Translations under genes and position numbers: made by a program | Shown: positions 59,201 to 64,000 of the stretch, piece by piece | How positions within the stretch are numbered: the stretch's first letter is position 1 | How the letters are laid out: each line of letters opens with the position of its first letter | Assembly (NCBI GenBank): GCA_964234715.1 | Contig: OZ174282.1 | DNA from: Podarcis melisellensis | Taxonomy: Eukaryota | Direction: 5' to 3' (one strand) | Length of the DNA stretch: 64,000 bases | Notes under the pieces: model-generated | What the model was told of the DNA's origin: nothing | Database searches by the model: none | What the model saw: the letters and a program-made list of their open reading frames with translations, nothing else

Positions 59201-60000
59201 CATAGTCCCAATATCTGGAGGACACCTGGTTGGGAAAGGCTGGTCTGCTTCGTGGGTGCACAGACATTATTATTATTCTTATTTATTGGAATTTAAATGC
59301 AACACATAAGAAGTTCTTAAAAAGAAAACCAGAAGTGTGAAGAGAAAAAAAGGTCTATAGCAATTGTTAACAGTTACCATTTTAAACCTATATTATATTT
59401 TGTATAAATAAGTTAATTGCATGGATAAGTATAATGGGTGTGCAGACTTAAGGCTGGCTGAGTCTGTGTTGTTTTTTCAACTAAGATGCTGGGGACCCCC
59501 AACAGGAACTGCGTGCAGAATAATTCAGTAGGGGCAACATAGAATTAGGGATGGGGGGCCTCTGAGCATGTCCATGGTCCAGGAATTTGTTTCCCTTGAC
59601 AGTCCTGTCACATAAGAAGCTACTCTTCCTTTCATCCTAAGTCTTCTTCATCTGGACAGGGGAATCTAGATTGGGAGGGTGGCTCTTTGTTGCTGCCGTT
59701 AACCCAGTGTTTCTGATTCTCAAGTTACAGAGAATCTTCTGCCAACATCCAATGGCCTACAAGCAGATCCTGGATCTACCTTCTGCCCGTTTCTGCTCAA
59801 TTCTGACTGAGAGTAGCTCTCTAGAGTCTCAGCGAAAGAAACCTCTCTCCCACCACACACTGTCGGATCCCTTTCATTCAGGGATGTGGAACCTCTGGCC
59901 CTCCAGATGCATACGAAACAGTTTATATCAAAGCAGATTGTTGGTCTGTCTAACCCAGTTTCTGGCACATACCATGTGAAAGAAGCTAAAGGTGCTTATA

Positions 60001-60404
60001 CAGTGGTGCCCCGCAAGACGAAATTAATTCGTTCCGCAATTTTTGTCGTCTAGCGAATTTTTCGTCTTGCGAAGCACGAAATCCCATAGGAATGCATTGA
60101 AAATCAATTAATGCGTTCCTATGGTCAAAAAAGGTCTAAACAAAGCCAAATTTGGTACAACAACAGTTTATTAACTGCTCTTTAAAGTCACACATACTGT
60201 AAAGAGCAGTTCAAAAACTGAAGGGAAAATAAATTAACTTTATAAACAAAACATGTCTTTGTTTTTAGACGTCGCGAGACGTTTTCGTCTTGCGAAGCAA
60301 GCCCATAGGGGAAATTCGTCTTGCGAGGCAAATCGAAAACGGAAAAACCTTTCGTCTAGCGAGTTTTTTGTCTTGCGAGGCATTCGTCTTGCGAGGTACC
60401 ACTG
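60001..60404. mobile_element. Tigger-like MITE (CpG-rich, probably young) in ANKRD39 intron 1
   Basis: TA|CAGTGGTGCCCCGCAAGACGAA...TTCGTCTTGCGAGGTACCACTG|TA; repeated tcgtcttgcga motifs. Confidence 0.88.
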
Positions 60405-61472
60405 TAATTCACTGTGAAAACAGACTAAGTTTGTGGCATTTGTGCTGATCTCAGTCACACATTCCTTATACTGAATATCTCTTAAGGTGTATCTGTTAAG
60501 GGACATCTTCAAGAGATGAGAAGGCTAAGGAGTAAATCCTACACAAATCTGGAGTCTTGATGGTGCCTTTTATGCCGCCTCCAGGCAACTCCTGCAGCCA
60601 AGCTGGTGCCAAACATATTGCTCTGCTCTCCTTTGGTCCACACCAGCGAGGTTGGTCTTGTGGTCTGGGCAGCCCAGGACCTCCAGACACACTGCCCAGA
60701 CTGGCACCCCAGGGAGGTCATTTCAGTGCTGCTAATGCAGGGATTTGACGTCACCCCTGACGTGCACCCCATTGTCTCTCAAGACAGAGATGCCAAAAAA
60801 TGTTCAGGTGCCATGAGGCTTTTTACTGGTTTTGCTCTGGCAGACTAACCCAGTAACCCCTCTGGGAAGTGTTTTTGGGAAGCTGTCTTATGCCAGGATG
60901 AACCTGAACCTGCTCTGAGAAATAAAATGGCTGAAGGCTTTGCCCTGTGAGAAGCTTCAGGGCGCATTTTGCTCTTGGCTATGGTGAATTCACTACATCT
61001 GGGATGTGCCTTAATATCCTGCTGTTGCTGGCATGAGCAGTGGTTGGTGATGATGGGAGTTTGAGTCCAACCACATCTGGAGGGCATCTCTGCTCTAAAC
61101 CTCGCCTTGGTCATTCCTGGATAGATGGGCAATTGACCAGAATAAAAGCACAGTGCAGATGCAGAACAAAATTGCTTTCATCCTGCTTCCTTTCAGTAGG
61201 AATTGGATGCTAAGTAAAGAGATGGTTCAGACAGATCCAGCATAGGTTGTGCTCTGTCACCTGCTGGGCATTATACGTTATAAAAGGTCAATTCCCCAAG
61301 CTTTGCCTGTGCTTGTTCCAGCATTCAGTATTATCTTGGGGTCTGAATTGTTCTTTCTGGACATTGTGCTAGAAAGAGGAGCCTTCTCTTCTGCTTTGTG
61401 TCACAACCTTTCTCTTCCTCCTCAGCAGGACCTACGGCTGCTTCCCAAAATAATAACCTCAAAGGGCTAACA

Positions 61473-61575
61473 ATGGCATTGTCACCTGGACACTCCAAGG
61501 ATGGCTCCTGTTGCTCCCACCATATGGCCGTGCCAAGTGTTCATCAGACTCTGGAGGAGATGGATTTTGAGAGAG
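61473..61575 (+). CDS. ANKRD39: ANKRD39 coding exon 1 (exon starts at NAGNAG acceptor 61426/61429)
   Basis: acaATGg Kozak; donor G|gtacag; upstream acceptor ctcctcagcag. Confidence 0.92.
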
Positions 61576-63386
61576 GTACAGAAGCTCTGGGGCATTGAGT
61601 CTGTTGTGGGTCTTTGGAGGGGTGAGAAGGGGATAAGGAGATGAGCTTTAACTAAAACTCTCTTTGCCCCCTTGCTTTGCCTCCTTATCCTGTCTGGAGG
61701 AGAGAAAAGATAAGTTATTATGGTCCAAAGCAGGGGCGGGAAGGCCTCTGGCCTAGGAGCCAAATGCAGCTGTCTGAGCCTCTCTGTCTGGCCTACAAAA
61801 TAGACTCTTCCTGGGCCCCTCCCCTTCCCAACCACCCCCTGTCTCCCCAAGCTACACTTCACTGGCCCTGCATTGCACACCCTTGTTTGGCTGCAATGCA
61901 TTTTGGAACCCTGATAATGCCTCTTGCTTGCTGGTTGGAAGGTAGAGAGGGGCACTGAGAGGAAAATAGTGATAGTTTCAAACAATGGCAGAGGTTTGAG
62001 TAAAACAGCAATGGTAAGACATTGAGAGGGGAAACTGGTAGTTCTAAACAATGGCAAAGCTTTGAGTGGAGCAAGCAGGGAAGGACACAGGGAAAATGTG
62101 GTGGTTTAAAACAAGACTTGAGGACAGAGAGACACGAGTTGAGAAATAGTTTGTTGTGTTAGCTTTTTGTGTTGTACCCATAGTCAGGTAAATTACGTTA
62201 GGTAAATGCAGAGTGGTGATGAGGCACAGGGCTGCTCAGTGACAGACTAGTGCCAATATAAAGATAAATTGAAATTTATTTATGTGTAGGGATTTGGTGT
62301 GCTGCTCTGAACGGAGACCTTGAGAAGGTCAAAAAACAGATCCTAAACCGCAGTAATCCCAGCGAGCCAGATCCCTTTGGATACACAGCTTTGGTAAGTG
62401 TCCAAGGTTACTGTGGGGGTCAGATTTCAAAAATACATGAGAATGCAACCATACAAGAGAGTTGGCTACTAGTGTCCCCTGCCAGGTGTCCGAACAATGC
62501 ATAGTGCCTGCACCTTGTCTTTTATGAGAAGGAAGATGCATCTGCTGTCATGCGGGCTCCATTCATGCTGGTGTGACATCACAGTGATGTCAGGTGACCT
62601 CTTTTTGCCTGCAGAGCCATTCACACAAAGGCACAGTTATTTGCAAGTGCTGAGGATCAGCTGAGGGGGGAGGGCCGTCGCTCAGGGCCAGATCGCCTGC
62701 CTTCCATGCAGAAGGCCCCGGGCTCTGTCCCTGGCATCTGCAGGTAGGACTGGGAGAAACCTCTGTCTGGAATCCTGGAAAGCTGCTGCCAGTCAGCGCA
62801 GACAGTACTGAGCAAGGTGGCCCGAGGGGGTTGAGGCAGCTTCCCCTGTTTTCTGTTTGCGAAGCCCCAGACATCGTGCTGTGCAAGTGCCTCCCCATTT
62901 GACCCACCAGACTGTTTCAGCCAAGCCACACACACCTGCCCAACACAGAGGCCGTGGAGGTGTGGGGCAGGGATGGCAGAAGTGGGGCTCTGCAGGCACT
63001 TGTGCATGGCATGTTGCAAGCCCCATGATTGCAGGTGGCTGCCAAGGCCCTTTCAATCCAGCTGCATCTTCAGCTGCCCCACATCTCACATCCTACATCT
63101 TACATCAAGTGTGGGGCAGGGGAAGGTGGCTTGCCTGAAATGGCCCAGACCACCCCAAGATGCCTCGTTTTCTGCCTTGCAGCACTATGCCAGCCGCAAT
63201 GGCCACTATGACGTCTGCCGATTCCTCCTGGAGAGCGGAGCTGCCTGCAACGCTCAGACCCATGGCGGGGCCACCCCTCTCCACCGAGCCTCTTACTGTG
63301 GGCACACGGAGGTGGCTGAGCTCCTGCTGACCTACGGGGCTGATCCAGCAGCCACTGATGACGATGGGAAGACCTGCTTGCACAAG
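61473..63386 (+). CDS. ANKRD39: Ankyrin repeat domain-containing protein 39, 5' part: join(61473..61575,62290..62393,63183..63386); last exon beyond the window
   Basis: [137 protein letters not shown]. This matches ANKRD39 (CCSH...[21 protein letters not shown]). Introns are GT-AG, and the gene is syntenic with SEMA4C. Confidence 0.95.
62290..62393 (+). CDS. ANKRD39: ANKRD39 coding exon 2
   Basis: tgtag acceptor; [35 protein letters not shown]; gtaagt donor. Confidence 0.93.
63183..63386 (+). CDS. ANKRD39: ANKRD39 coding exon 3 (ankyrin repeats)
   Basis: ttgcag acceptor; HYASRNGH...TCLHK; gtgtgg donor. Confidence 0.94.
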
Positions 63387-64000
63387 GTGTGGGGTACCGA
63401 GTGGCTCCTTGGCCGTTTCATTCATTCGTAGGCAAATGTATAGTGATGCACCAAGACACCTTTGCACGTAGGGTCACACGGTTGTATGGTGGGGCCAGAG
63501 TGGGTGGAGCAACGCAAAGGACTCTTCCCTTTCTCCAGTCAGCTGCCTTCTGGCCATGCAAAAGTCGCCCACACGTCTCTCTGTTCAGGCAAGCCTTCTG
63601 CAAGGAGGGTCACAGTCCCAGGGCTGATTCCAGACAAGCCCTGAGGAAGGCAGAGTCCCTGCCCCTCCAGTTCCTAATGGGCTGTGGGTTTTCCTTATTT
63701 TGGGGGGGCGGGGCGGGGAGGGGATGCAATGTCCTTCCCTTGCTCTCATTGGCACCTCCCTCCCGTGAGTCTGGCTGGTCCGTGGGAGGCCCAGGTGGTA
63801 TAGAGTAGTACAGTTTTTAGAGCATGCTGGACTAGGACCTGGGAGATCAGGGTTGAAATCCCCACTTGGCCCTGGTGCTCACCGGATGATCTTGGAGTCA
63901 GTCGCTGTCTCTCGGCCTGACCTCCCTCACGGGGTTGTTGTGGGGATTAACTGTGCAGGCGGGGGAACTGTGTACTCCACCTTGAGCTCCTTAGAGGAAA

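Noticed and set aside
58652-59296. 214-aa ORF and the ATG in AAGATGGCGGCC
   Set aside because: Low-complexity CpG-island ORF with no homology to ANKRD39; the ATG lies just inside the intron and matches a YY1 site.

Overview
Vertebrate genomic DNA, most likely a lacertid lizard: it carries Sauria/POM-type SINEs, BovB/RTE, L2, CR1 and squamate-type MITEs. Two protein-coding genes lie in tandem on the + strand, in the same order as the SEMA4C-ANKRD39 pair in mammals. (1) SEMA4C has a complete CDS of 14 coding exons from 1087 to 39543 (2499 nt, 832 aa), a 25.3 kb first coding intron, and a 3' UTR to about 41070. (2) ANKRD39 has a CpG-island promoter at about 58.7-59.2 kb and three coding exons from 61473 to 63386; its last exon is outside the window. 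The rest is intron or intergenic DNA dense in transposable elements, with two N gaps. The most unusual observation is a set of non-autonomous hAT DNA transposons with intact TIRs and 8-bp TSDs whose interiors resemble captured CpG-island promoter/first-exon sequence (Pack-type capture), at 2679-3238 and 51688-52643. Also notable: an in-frame deletion of about 9 aa and an RGD motif in the SEMA4C sema domain; a four-element nested TE cluster ending in a CCAAT-rich solo LTR upstream of ANKRD39; and a MITE family carrying the ACTACAAnTCCCA (ZNF143-type) promoter motif, with a probable remnant inside the ANKRD39 CpG island. Comparisons to human proteins are from memory, not from a database search.
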